Shown here in pieces: positions 23,707 to 63,299 of a stretch of 64,000 bases of DNA. Location: positions 17,484,001 through 17,548,000 of the forward strand of contig NC_045704.1 of assembly GCF_009834535.1 (NCBI RefSeq), written 5' to 3'. The notes under the pieces were generated by a model, which made no database searches, was not told where the DNA came from, and was given only the letters and a program-made list of their open reading frames with translations. The first letter of the stretch is position 1. Each line of letters opens with the position of its first letter. Source of the stretch: Camelus ferus. Lineage: Eukaryota. The position numbers and the translations under genes were made by a program.

Positions 23707-24900
23707 ATGCGCTGCCCCAAGTGCCTCCTCTGCCTGTCAGCACTGCTCACACTCTTGGGCCTCAAAGTGTACATCGAATGGACGTCAGAGCCTCGGCTTA
23801 GCAAGGCCTACCCCGGACCCCGCAGCACCCCGCCAGGCCCCACGCCAGCCTGCCCTGAGCCCACCCTGCCGGCTAACCTTTCAGCCCGTCTGGGCCAAAC
23901 TGGCCCGCTGCCCATGGCTTACTGGAACCAGCAGCAGTGGCGGCTGGGGACCCTGCCCAGCGGGGACAGCACTGAGGCGGGAGACTGCAATGCCTGGGGG
24001 GCTGCTGCTGCTGCCGAGATCCCAGACTTCACCTCCTACCCCGAGGACCTCCGCCACTTCTTGCTGTCGGCAGCCTGCCGGAGCTTCCCACAGTGGCTGC
24101 CTGGGGGTGGCGGCGGCCAAGTGGCCAGCTGCAAGGATTCTGACGTCCCCTATCTGCTACTGGCCGTCAAGTCGGGACCAGGGCGCTTCGCGGAACGACA
24201 GGCCGTGAGGGAGACATGGGGCGGGCCGGCTCCGGGGGTCCGGCTGCTCTTCCTGCTGGGGTCTCCGGAAGGCAAGAGGGGGCCTGACTTAGGCTCCCTG
24301 GCGGCCTGGGAGAGCCGCCGCTACAGCGACCTGCTGCTCTGGGACTTCCTCGACGTCCCCTTCAACCAGACGCTCAAAGACCTGCTGCTGCTGGCCTGGC
24401 TTGGCCACCACTGCCCCAGTGTGCGCTTTGTCCTGCGAACCCAGGACGACGCCTTCGTACACATCCCTGCCCTGCTGGACCACCTGCGGGCCCTGCCGCC
24501 CAGCAGGGCCAGAGTCCTCTATCTGGGCGAGGTCTTCACCCAGGCCAAGCCCCTCCGGAAGCCTGGAGGACCCTTCTACGTGCCTGGGTCCTTCTTCGAA
24601 GGCAGCTACCCGGCCTACGCGAGCGGGGGCGGCTATGTCATCGCCGGGCGCCTGGCACCCTGGCTGCTGCAGGCAGCAGCCCGCGTGGCCCCCTTCCCCT
24701 TTGACGACGTCTACACAGGCCTGTGCTTCCAAGCCCTGGGCCTGGTGCCCAGGACCCACAAAGGCTTCCTTACGGCCTGGCCAGCGGACCGCACCGCTGA
24801 CCCCTGTGCCTTCCGCGACCTGCTGCTGGTGCGGCCCCTCAGCCCCCAGGACAGCATCCGGCTCTGGAAACAGCTGCAGGACCCTCAGCTCCAGTGCTGA
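23707..24900 (+). CDS. B3GNT8: UDP-GlcNAc:betaGal beta-1,3-N-acetylglucosaminyltransferase 8 (GT31), single coding exon, 397 aa
   Basis: MRCPKCLLCLSALLTLLGLKVYIEW is a type II anchor. GT31 motifs LLLAVKS, RQAVRETWG, DFLDVPFNQTLK, YPAYASGGGY and FDDVYTGLC are present, ending LQC*. Confidence 0.96.
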   Translation: MRCPKCLLCLSALLTLLGLKVYIEWTSEPRLSKAYPGPRSTPPGPTPACPEPTLPANLSARLGQTGPLPMAYWNQQQWRLGTLPSGDSTEAGDCNAWGAAAAAEIPDFTSYPEDLRHFLLSAACRSFPQWLPGGGGGQVASCKDSDVPYLLLAVKSGPGRFAERQAVRETWGGPAPGVRLLFLLGSPEGKRGPDLGSLAAWESRRYSDLLLWDFLDVPFNQTLKDLLLLAWLGHHCPSVRFVLRTQDDAFVHIPALLDHLRALPPSRARVLYLGEVFTQAKPLRKPGGPFYVPGSFFEGSYPAYASGGGYVIAGRLAPWLLQAAARVAPFPFDDVYTGLCFQALGLVPRTHKGFLTAWPADRTADPCAFRDLLLVRPLSPQDSIRLWKQLQDPQLQC

Positions 24901-25491
24901 GCCTCGGCGGGGAGGGGCAGGCAGACCTGGCCTGGGCCTCGGCACCGGCCCTTGGCTCAGCCTCTCCTTCCAGTCCTCGGTGTGAAATGGAGCCTGCTCG
25001 AGCCCCTCCTGGGCCTCCCCAGGCCAGAGGCCTCCCCAAGAGGCAACGGACTTTCTGTCTTTTTGTTTTTTAAAAATACGCTTTCCCTCCTGAGGCCTGG
25101 AGTCGCTTGTATCTGAAGGGTACCAGGGGGTTTTACAGAGCAGAACTCATCTGTACCCTGATCTTCACATCAGACACCCTCCCCATCCTTAATGTGCAAG
25201 GCCAGCCCCGATGGCCTCCTGGTCACTGTGCTGGACACCAGCCTGTCCCTATTCTATGGGAGACAGGAGCCCATCTCTGTAGGTCCCCCACCCCTACCTG
25301 TCTGCTGAAGCTGACCCTCCAGCTTGCAGAAGTTTCCAAGGGAAATAGATAGCTCAACAGCCTAGGCTTCATTTATCTCAAGTGGAGAAGTGGGGGTGGC
25401 CCCAAATCAGTCATGCTGGACTCTCCTACCACGTCCCAAACTCCAGGAGACGGAGACCAGAGGTGGCACGGAGCCAAAGGCAGAGAGACAG

Positions 25492-25497
25492 TTTATT
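25492..25497 (-). terminator. BCKDHA poly(A) signal AATAAA
   Basis: TTTATT on plus, about 315 nt downstream of the BCKDHA stop codon. Confidence 0.7.
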
Positions 25498-25809
25498 CAC
25501 TCCCTGCTGACCACCTCACACTCTAAATCCCACAGGCTGAGCTGCCACATCCACCCCCAGCCCAGAAGGGGCTTCCAGTCCTCGAGGGGCCCTGGCCCAG
25601 CCCCCGAGAGAAGGCCCTGTAACAAAAGCCGGAGAGGGGGCTGACGAGGCCCCACCAATGTAACAGCCTGTAGGCGCGGGGATGGTGAGCAGGAGCCACC
25701 CGGTACTGCCCTGGCCTGAGTATTTTGAGGGGGCTGTGTGTGGAAGGAGTAGCGTCCCTCCAGTCCCCTCTGCCCCTTGGGGTGGTTGAGGCGGGTGGGG
25801 CGAGCGGCC

Positions 25810-42637
<16,828 letters not shown>

Positions 42638-43143
42638 CTTGACTAACAATCCTTGGGCGACCCGCCCCCTCTCCTCGCGAGACTGGAGAGACTGAGGCTG
42701 CCCCTTCATGAGCCTGACTCAAATGCCAAATCATCCTGCCAAGAAACCACCTGCTACTAGTCCTGTGGTCTGTAGGACACATATGTAGGGGGATAAAACA
42801 ATACAGCTTCCCCCAAAGTTACTCAGACCGCCTCGTCGTAGTTGTTTCTGTAACAGGCAAAGAAGAGGGCAATCTGGCTAGAGCCCCAGGGTTTCAGGGC
42901 CCGGGGGCCTCGGGTAGGAAGAGCTCATGCCAAGGCCCGCCCTCTTTTCTCTTCTGTCCAATGGCTTTCCTGGACTTTCGAGGCGGGAGTGAGAGCGACC
43001 AGATTGTTAGTAAACGCGGAGCCACGTGTAGGCGCGGATTCTGGAGCCCCCGGCGGCGCGTGCGCACTGGGTACGCAGTGTGTACGCAAGCGCGCGTTTC
43101 TGTGCGGAAGCGAGAATCCCCGCTGCACGTGGGGTCCGGGGCG
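42638..43143. promoter_or_regulatory. Bidirectional CpG-island promoter of BCKDHA and EXOSC5 (506 bp between the ATGs)
   Basis: Head-to-head ATGs at 42637(-) and 43144(+). Motifs: GC box 42661, TCTCGCGAGG (BANP/ZBTB33-like) 42673-42682, E-boxes CACGTG at 43023 and 43126, NRF1-like GCGCGTGCGCA 43056-43066, ETS GCGGAAG about 43104. Confidence 0.85.
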
Positions 43144-50717
<7,574 letters not shown>

Positions 50718-50784
50718 GGCAAGAGCTGAGGCAAGCCGGGGCAGGGCGCCCTCCCGCCACTGCCACCTACCACCTCCAGCGACA

Positions 50785-50790
50785 AATAAA
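50785..50790 (+). terminator. EXOSC5 poly(A) signal AATAAA (second copy at 51045-51050)
   Basis: AATAAA lies 68 nt after the stop codon. Confidence 0.75.
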
Positions 50791-52762
50791 CCAGCAGCCT
50801 GGCCCTGCCTATCTGTCATTGTGTGCCGGAGTGAGCTGGTCCCAGAGCTGCAGGGACCCCCAACCTGCTAGTCAGTCCCTGGGCCCATGGGGGGAGGTCG
50901 GTACAGACCCCACCCCGCCCCCAGGAAGACACTCTAGGAGTGTGCATTTATTGAGTGAATCTACTCATTCTGACCGTCCCATAAAGTGGGGCTGTTACTG
51001 TAGCCTCCAGGTCCCAGGTTCCAGGAGCAGTGAAGTGATGGACAAATAAAGTTGGTGTCTGTTGAATGGTGGCAAATGTTATTTTAAAAAGGGACGGGGC
51101 CGGGAGAGGGGTTTTGGCGGGTTCGTTTGAGGAGGGCAAATTTAATACATCAGTCAGAGACACCTTCATGGAAAGGGGGACATCCAAGGGAAGCCCGGGA
51201 AGAGGCCAGGGGCAGGCTCAGGAACTCACAGATATGTGGGGGGAGGACCCCTGGCAGAGACCTGCAGAGGTTCAAGGGCTGGCAAGGTGGCCAGTGTAGC
51301 TGAAGCAGAATGAGGGTGGGAGGAGGGAGGGGTGCTCAGGGAGGTAACAGGCCTTCTGGGCCTCAGGGGAATCTGGTTCTGAGTCTTTTAACTGCCAGGG
51401 GTCACCACCTAATTAGCGGTGCAGCATGGGTTCCACTGAGTCCAGACCCAGAGCCCTCACCGTTCAGACAAACCCAGGAGATGCCAGCACACTCTGGACT
51501 GCGGTTCCCTCTCTGTGAACCAAAGTGGCTGAGGCCTGTTGGTTCTCAGGGGTGGGAGCAACCCCTAAGGGGCTTTTGGAAATGGGTATATTTTTAGTTT
51601 TGATTTGACTGATCACAACCCTCATATTTAGGGAATAGGAGCCAGGAACATCCTTCAGGAGTAGTGTTCCCACCGGTGGGCCACATGGCTGCCAGATCCT
51701 GTCTGCCACTGCCACTTGGGGGTGCATGGTGAAGGTGACACGCTGGGGGGCCTTCTGCACACTTCATACTTGAACTGGCTCACGAGGTGCCCACAATTGC
51801 CCCTTTGGGCAGGTGTCATTTTCATCCCCAGTAACCAAGAAGGAAATGCATAAATATCTAGCTTAAAATTATGATCCGTGAAGACACTCAGGAGGGCACA
51901 AATGGGGAACAGTATTTCCTCCTAGCGAGATTAAACGGCTTTAAATGGAGTGAGAAAACTAAACCACTGTCGCCTTGTTACTTGGTGTTATCAGGCCCCA
52001 TTTAACGTGCTTCTGCTAAGTGTTCATGGCAGACGGCTGTTTTGCCTGCCTTTGATGTCTTAAGGCTCCATCCATCCCAGCCTCCCAGTCTCGGGCCACT
52101 TGAGGGGGCTGCCTCCTACCCCAGGAGGGCCAACAAGAGAGTAACTGAGGAACAGGACCTCTGGGGTACCTGAGCTACCTGGGGCTATTTTTCTCTCCCA
52201 GAAGGAGGAGCCTGCACAGTGAAGCCAACAGGAGAAAGGAGGGCCAAGAGATGGGGAGACCAGACCATTTCATTTGAGCCCTGAATACTGGTACTGTGTC
52301 GGCTTTCTTGCCCTTTCTTGGGCAAGGCAGGCCTTCTTGGATTTCTGCCATTTGCTGTCAAAGGAGCTCAGAGGGAGGCTGTGGTTTACATGTATGACCC
52401 ACAGTCTTCGGGTCTGTTTCAGGTGTAGGGGGAAATAGTCCCATTTCGCAAATGAGAAAAAGAGGCTCAGAGAGAAGGCACTTGGGCAGAGGTTCCACAA
52501 TGAACATGGAGGAGTGAGGACTTGGAACCTGGCTTTCTCTAATTCTACCGACCACCCATGCTGTGAAGAGAATATTCTGCAATTTGGAAGCCCTCCGGGC
52601 CGCGCGGCGGATTCCCCCTTCTCTAGCTCTGAGGTGTCAGGGGGCACCCTGGGGACAGCCCGTCACTCTGGCCCGCCCCCTCCAGGGGTCAGGCGCCGCC
52701 AGCCCCTTCCACCTTCCCACACACACAGACAGACACAGGTTTGGCGGCAAGAGTGTCTGGTG

Positions 52763-52768
52763 TTTAAT
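52763..52768 (-). terminator. TMEM91 candidate poly(A) signal ATTAAA
   Basis: TTTAAT on plus, about 160 nt downstream of the stop; GU-rich sequence follows on minus. Confidence 0.6.
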
Positions 52769-52926
52769 CGCTCTTTGCGGCCTCCAGGAAGCGGGGCGGG
52801 GGTGGTCCGGCGCCCTCCCATTTCTGGACGCTACCGCCGCCGCCTCATCCACCCGGATTCTCCACTCCGACCGCGGACGCGCTGGGCGGCCAGCCTCTGG
52901 GTTCACAGTGGGGGCCGCAGGGGCAA

Positions 52927-55842
<2,916 letters not shown>

Positions 55843-56699
55843 TTAGGTAGCTGACTGATCTTCAGACCCATTTTACAGATAGTGAAACTGAGGCCCAGGG
55901 AGTAAAAAGAGTTTCATCCAAGTTGTGACGAGAACTCAGGAATATGGACATTTGGTTCTGGGCTACTTTCTCTTCAGGTCAAAACCACATACCTGTTGCA
56001 CATTTATTCCAAACCATGCCTTACACACCTACTTGGCCCATGAACTTCACACCCATACTGGGTTCACACTCCCATCCCTCCCCCCCACGCCCATCCCCAA
56101 TTATGCGTAGTTCACACACCCTCTGTGGCCCCCAAGCCTTCACATTCTCAATCCCCAAGTCCCCTGCCACACGTACCCATCCAGGCAAGCCCAACACCCC
56201 CTCCTCCTGTGCACATTCATGTCCCAAGGGACTGTTTGCATACTTGCCCCCCTAAAATAAGCTCGCAGAAAACACCTCTCTGGAGCCCCAAGCTTCTCAC
56301 ACACTCATCCAAATAACTCCTTGCACCTTCATCCTAATCCCCCCAGCATCAGATTCCCCCAGATACACATATATACACAGGCTTCCCACACATGCAGCCT
56401 GGACACTCTCCCCTGTTCCCACCCATCACCTTCCTTGTACACCTGCCCCAGATACCCAGAGCCACACACCCCTCTCCTACTCCAGCCACATCCATGACTC
56501 ACACCTACCAGCTCCCCAAACACCTCACCAGAATCCACCTTTGCACACCTCCCCCATAACATCCGCAAACCACCACACGTACACACTCAACTCAACCAGA
56601 GAATATTCTTCTTGCCCTCACTATCCCCCTGAGGGGTCCCCAAGTCTCCCGCCCTCAGTACAAACCTGCCTTGAGCCGATTTCCTCACCAAGGTTTTGC

Positions 56700-57400
56700 C
56701 TCCGGATCCCCAACGCCAGGACCCGGGGGAAAGCGGTACCCGCCCCCCCCCCCCAGCTGAGCCCCTCACTCACCGCCCACGGCCATAGGCCGAAACCTCT
56801 TGGGCCCCCTGCACAGACACCCGCCCCGACCCTACCTCCCGGGGTGGGGGAACTCCGTGAACCTCGCTTTCCCCGGTGCCGGGACCGGGGCCTGGGGGCG
56901 CGGGGTCTGTGCGCGCCGCTCGGCGCCCCTCCCAGCGCCCCTGGCCCGCAGCGCGCGGGGGCGGGGATGGGGGCGGGGCGGCGGGCCCCAGGCTCCTCCC
57001 TCTGCCGAGCCAAGGAGGGGGCCTTGAAGGCCGACGTCAGCGCCCGGCGTGGGTCCCTGCTACCCCGGGTGTGGAGGAGCAGGCGGTAGTCTCTGAGCAC
57101 AGACCCTCCCGAACCCAGACCCAAAAGCTGTAGGACGGTGGAGGGGGCGCCCCAATTCTCCAGGGCCTTCCTGGCTTGGCCCCGCCTCCACCCCACTGTC
57201 CTCCCCGCTGCCCAGCAATAATAACGGCAACCACAGCTAACTGTGGGTAAGGTTCCTAGTGCTTTACACATACACGTACACGTTTATTCCTAAGAACGAT
57301 CGTTGATTGTCCTGTTGTGCCCAGGGGGAAACAGGCGCAGAGAGGTTAGGATTTGCCTACGAGCACGCCGCGGGGTCACTGAGTGCAGACTACATCCGGC
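56700..57400 (-). promoter_or_regulatory. TMEM91: CpG island, probable TMEM91 promoter and non-coding exon 1
   Basis: CpG-dense with GC boxes. A strong minus-strand donor GCG|GTGAGT lies at 56774/56773, and the acceptor CCCCCAG at 55752 precedes the first coding exon. Confidence 0.55.
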
Positions 57401-58699
57401 CCCTGGGTTAGATGCCCTGCATTATCATCTCAAGGATTCCTCTCAGTAGCTCTATTCCTATCCCAATTCTGCAGATAAGGAGACTGAGGCTCAGAGATGT
57501 GTGCTCACTTGGCCAAGGTAAACAACTGGTACTAGGATCCACCAGCAGTTTGCAACCCAGGGCTGTGTTTCTTGCTGGCCCAAAGAGAGGGGAGAAAGCA
57601 GAGGCAGCAGGTGAGGTAGGGGCTTTCAGGGAAAGGGTGCGGAGGTGGGAGTGGGCCAGGGGTGGCGTGCTACTTATCAGGTGGTACAGGTGGTGGTTAT
57701 GAGGCAGTGTTTGGACCCACACAGACCTTTCCTTTCCAGGCTCTTCAAGGCACCTGCTATATGACCTCTGGATAATGGCATCACCTTTCTGAGCCCCCAA
57801 TTTCTTCATCTGTAAAATGTAGTAAATACTCCCTGCCTCTTACATGTGATAATATATATAAAACACTTAGATTAGGTGCCATAACAAATGTCCAACATCT
57901 GCCCCAAACTAGGCACTCCGAACATGTCTGGTATTTAGGAATATAATTATTTATTTCCATCTTCATCAGTCTGATTAGAGGATTTCTCACCCTGCCGGCC
58001 TCCACCTCTTTCAGGGAGCCCACCCATCTTGCATTGGCTTCCCTTTCTCGGAAGCCCTCCATCTCACCAGTCCCAGACAGTCAAACTGGAGGATTCCCTT
58101 CCTGATGTGGGGCCGGCCAGAGTTCCCTTGCTCCAGGGCTCTGGGGCTCCGTGCCAAGAGTCCAGACGCTGGAGCTGGCACAGGCCCCACTCCCGGGGAG
58201 AGCAGATGGTGTCTGGAAGTGCACTTGGCTCAGCCAGAGTTTCTGGCAGACAACAGGCGGGGAGATCCACGGAGGGAAGATGAGAGACCTGTTTTATGGG
58301 GAGAGAGACCCTGTTACTCTCTGTCTCCTTAACCTCGCTCTTATTGCTTATCACTATGAAACATATATTTCTGTTGTTTGTAGTTTGAATCCTCCCACAT
58401 CAGTGTCAGTTCCAGCCAGGCTGGGATTTGATCTCTTTTGTTCACTGCTGTGCCTCAGGGCCTAGAACAGTGCCTGGCACAAAGCAGGGCTTCAATACAT
58501 ATTTGTGGGGTGGGGGCATGAATTCCCACCAGCCTGTTTTTTTTACCAAACCTCTGAGCAATATAGGTCCCTCCGACTCCCTTGTCCACCCTAGAGATTT
58601 ATTCATGTCCAGTAGATCTCTCTGGCTGCCATCAGCCTTGTATAGTCAGTCTCCCCAGGATACCACAAGAGACCCTGGCCTCTTGGAGTTTGTGATGGT

Positions 58700-61030
58700 C
58701 GTGGAATATTAAACATGAGATTCCAGCCAGGATCATCAACAGAAGCCTAAACACTGACTGAAAGTTTGATGAGGAACAGAATATTTATTAAGTCTCAAAG
58801 TATGCTCCCACAGATCATATATTTATTACAAAGGGAAAAAAATAGTAATAACGGACAATATCACTGTAACCAGGAGATAGAAATTAACATCAGTATTAGG
58901 ACAAATCAACATTGTGTCCCTCCTGATATACACTTAGGACACAACATCATTTCTGTGATTTTTCTGCCAAAAATGCATCATCTGAATCTAATCATGAGAA
59001 AACATGGGACAAAGCCAAATTGAGGGACACAGTATAAAGTAGCTGGTCTATACTCTTCAAGAATGTCAGTGTCATGAAAACCAAAACAATAACAAAGATT
59101 TAAAAGCTGGAAGCCTGTTCTAGATCAAAGGTGACTAAGGAAACATGACAACAAAACACAAAGTGTGATCCCGGAGGGAGAGCAGATGGTGATAAGGTAT
59201 GTTATTGGGACAGTGGGCGAAATTTGAATATACACTATAAATTAGATGATAGTTTTGCATCAATGTTAAATTGATACTTGGGGAAATGTTAAATTGGTAT
59301 TTTGGTTATATAGGAGAATCCTCTTGTTCTTAGGAGAATTTTATTGTTAGAAATAATGAGTTATGGGTATAATATATATGTATATATCTGTATATATATA
59401 CACACACATAAAATCAAGCAAAAGAATTGAACAAAAATTTCACAAAAAGAGGAAATCCAAGGGAGCAATGAACATTTAAAAAGTTACTCAACTAGTCATC
59501 AGGGAAATGCAAATTAAAATCACAATGCGATACCAGTACACACCCACCAGAACAGCTAAATGAAGGAACACACCACCAGGAAATGTTGGTGAGGATGGGG
59601 TTGGGGGGGCTCTCATACACTGCTGGTGGGCATCCAAATTGGTCCAACCACTAGGAAAACTTGTTGGGCAGTTACTACTGTAGCTGAACATATCCTATGA
59701 CCCAGCAATTTCACTCCACTCAGATCTGAACATATGTCCACCAAACATATGTCAACAGATGGATAAATAAAGTGTGGCATCTTCACACAGAGGAAACTAT
59801 ACAGCAATGAGAATGAAAGATCTACAGCCATATGCAATAGCGTGAATGAATTTCACAAGCAAAACACAGCCAAAGACAGCAGACACAAAACAATGCATAC
59901 TGTGCGACTTCATTTCCACAAAGTAAAAAACAGGCAAAATTAATCCATATTGTTAGAAATCCAGTTAGTGGTTTCCCTTGGGGGCATCTTGGAAAAGGCA
60001 TGATGGGCATCCTAGGGGGCTGGTCATGTTCTTTACATGGGCTGAGTTCTGGTTACCAGGTTCATTCAGTTCATGAAATTTAATCCAGCTGCTCATTTAT
60101 GATTTGTGCACTTTACTGTACATATATTATACTTCAAAACATTTATTTTTGAAAAAGAGTGAGTTAGATCTTTACATACTGATGTGGATAAATTTCCAAG
60201 ATGTATCACTGGGTGAAAAATGCAAGATATAAAACAATGTGAATAGTCACTATNNNNNNNNNNNNNNNNNNNNNNNNNNNNNNNNNNNNNNNNNNNNNNN
60301 NNNNNNNNNNNNNNNNNNNNNNNNNNNNNNNNNNNNNNNNNNNNNNNNNNNNNNNNNNNNNNNNNNNNNNNNNNNNNNNNNNNNNNNAGCATTATTAACA
60401 ATAGCCAGGAAAAGGAGGAAGTAACCCAACTGTACATTAACAGATGAATGGATAAAGAAAATGGGCTGAATATTATTCAGCCTTAAAAAGGAAGAAAATT
60501 CCGTGCTGATCATTTTGTAATATATAGAAATACTGAATCATTATGTTGTATACCTGGAACTAACATGGTGTTGTAGGTCAATTATACTTCAAATTTAAGT
60601 ATATAATTATAAATAAAGAGTATAATTATAAATAAATAAAAGACTGCTATATAATTTTTTTAAAAAAAGGAAGGAAATTCTGACATGCACTACAGCATGG
60701 ATGACCCTAAAGGACATTATGATAAGTGAAATAGACCAGTCATAAAAGGACAAACAATGAATGATTCTACTCATATGGGCGCCTAGAGTTGTCAAATTCA
60801 TAGCAACAGAAGGTAGATAGGTGGTTACCAGAGGGCTGGAGGAAGGGAGGGATGGGGAGTTTTTGTTTAATAGGTACAGAGTTTCAGTTCTGCAAGATGA
60901 GAATAGTTCTAGAGACTGGTTGCACAACTGTGTGCATGTACTTAATGCCACTGAATTGTACACCTAAAGACAGTTAAAATGGTAAATTTTATGTTATGTG
61001 TATTTTATCACAATTTTGAAAACCTTAAAA
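58700..61030 (+). mobile_element. Old L1M (L1MC/ME/MB-like) fragments, with a nested younger L1 3' end at 60502-60663
   Basis: L1 ORF2 and 3' UTR motifs are present. The nested piece is flanked by AAAAAGGAAG(A/G)AAATTC at 60485-60501 and 60664-60680. Confidence 0.75.
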
Positions 61031-61189
61031 GTAAAAAGCCCATCAATAAGTACTCAGCATGCTTATTGTAAAACACGTGTGTATGTCATTTCAGTTACAA
61101 CAACAACGTCAACAATAAAAACCATCAATAATAGCAAACATTCATAATGCTTCCTTTGTGCCAGGCACTACCCTAAATGCATTAGGCAT

Positions 61190-61905
61190 TTGTATTAGTT
61201 ATTACTGCTGTGTAACAAATTATCTCCCCAAACTTACTGGCTTAAAACAATAAACATTTATCATCAGACATAGTTTTTGTTGGTCAGCAATCTGTTGATG
61301 ACTTAGCTGGCTGGTTCTGGCTTAGGGTGTCATGAAGTTACAGTCAGCATGTTGGCCAGGTGCAACAGTCACCTGAAGATTTGATGTGGCTGAAAGGTCT
61401 CCTTCCAAGATGGGTCACTCACATGGTGCTGGTTGTTGGCACGGGGCCTCAGTTCTTCCCCACTGGGGTCTCTCCACTGGCTGCTTCACTGCTGTCACAA
61501 TCTGGTGGCTGGTCTCTCTCAAGCTGAGCCATTCAAGAGAGACATTGAGGGGGTAGGTATGTATAGCTCAGTGGTAGAGCACGTGCTTAGCATGCACGAG
61601 GTCCTGGGTTTAGTCCCCAGTACCTCCATTAATAAACAAACAAACAAACAAATAAATAAACCTAATTATGTTCCCCCTCCAAGTGAAAAAAAAAAGAGAG
61701 AGAGGGAGAGGAGGAAGCCTCAATGCCTTTTATGGCCTAGTCTCAGAAGTCACACACCAACCACTTCTACCATATTCCACCGGTTAGAAGCAAGTTACAA
61801 AGTGCAGCCTATACTCAAGAGGAGAGAAATTAGGCTCTACCAAGTGAAAGAAGGAGTGTTAAAGAGTCTGTGGACATATTTTAAAATAGCTTCATACATT
61901 CATTA
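61190..61905 (-). mobile_element. MLT1 LTR containing a vic-1-like SINE (61549-61694, +)
   Basis: TGTATTAGTTATTACTGCTGTGTAACAAATTA...GGCTTAAAACAA marks the MLT1. The SINE head is TATAGCTCAGTGGTAGAGCACGTGCTTAGCATGCACGAGGTCCTGGGT. Confidence 0.75.
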
Positions 61906-62045
61906 AATCCTGACAGTAATCTAACAAGGTAGATACCATCACTCACATTACAGATGAGGAAACTGAGGCCCAGAGAGGCTGAAGGTCACACAGAAGGGGC
62001 AGAGCTAAGACTTAAACCCAGGTAGTTGAACTGGGAGGCATTTTT

Positions 62046-62161
62046 TGGGGGAAGGGGGTAATTAGCTTTATTTATTTATTTTTAATGGAGGTACTGGGGA
62101 CTGGACCCAGGACCTCACGCTTGCTAAGCATGTGCTCTACCACTGAGCTATACTCTGCCCC
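62046..62161 (-). mobile_element. Camelid vic-1-like SINE with TSD
   Basis: Full tRNA-like head on minus. It is flanked by CTGGGAGGCATTTTT and CTGGGAAGCATTTTT (1 mismatch). Confidence 0.8.
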
Positions 62162-63299
62162 CTGGGAAGCATTTTTCTTAATCAGTAATATCAACCAGTG
62201 GGGAAGAAACCAACTGAAGAAAAAATATTTAAGAAGTAGACTTGTATGGAACTTTGATGACTGGTTGTATATGGGACGTGATGGAGTCGAGGAGGACGTG
62301 CATAACCTCCATATTTGATACTGGGAGATGTGTATCCAAGAGAGGCAGGAAAGCAGAAGGTTAGGAACATAGAGTTTGAGGACAGAGACAGAACTATAAT
62401 CATTTTGGTTTAAGGCAAATGATTTTGCCCTAATTTCTTCATCTTAAATAAAGCTGATAATTTCCTACCCTGTGGGATAGCTGTGAGGATTAAAGGAGAT
62501 CATGCATACAAAACAATCAGTTTACGGGGCTAGCACAGAGAAATCACTCCATAAATGGTGACTTTCAAATACACCTATTAGTGAAATATTAACCTATTGA
62601 ATTATTTTATTTATGTAAATATCATCCCATTGAAATGTTGCCCCCTAGCTATAACTTTCAGCTGGTGACTCTAACTTTTGCAGTCCCCGTTTTGCTAAAA
62701 GATAGGGGGAAAAGTTCCTTTTGGACTCTTTTGGTTTGGGCTGGAGGAATAAGACACGAACTAAGGTTCAGTTGGACTTAAAGGGTGGGAAAGTCACTGC
62801 TCTGGAAATCAGAATGAGTGCTTCTGACTCAGTTACTCTCCTTGTGCCCATTGCATGGATGCGATAATTGAGACCTAGTCATGCAAGGTCACAAGTTACT
62901 GACAGAGTTCAGCCTTTAAGAACAGGATTTTCTGCAGATAAAGGGGCCTCAGTTCCTCATTTCTCATACCCCTTCCCCCATACCCGACTCCTTGCTCAGA
63001 ATCGCCACTAACAGTGAAGAACTGGACAGTATTGCTGAGAAGGAAGTTGGATTTATCAGTCCTTGAGAAGCTTGGGGGAACTCTAAAAAGGAACCCCCTC
63101 CCCAACTTCTCTGAATGAGTTTTGGGGTTTTTTTCTAGTTATGAGGCGGAGGATGCACACAGCCATCTGACGGAGATTCCCCCTTGGCTTTGGCTCAAGT
63201 CTCTGATTTGTGGTTCTGGTTGTGAAGAGAGTTTTAGGGCGCACGGGGCATCGATGTACTTGCTTACTTTGTTAAAAAAAAAAAAAGTGTCTGGGAGAA

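Noticed and set aside
24702-24713. DDVY in B3GNT8 where I recall EDVY in human
   Set aside because: DDVY is the usual GT31 family state, so it is likely ancestral.
24289-24945. 218-aa antisense ORF and other alternative-frame ORFs over B3GNT8
   Set aside because: Expected shadow ORFs of a GC-rich coding exon.
61549-61630. tRNA-like sequences with A and B boxes (also 30630, 62046, 17905)
   Set aside because: They are SINE heads followed by AT-rich tails and TSDs, not tRNA genes.
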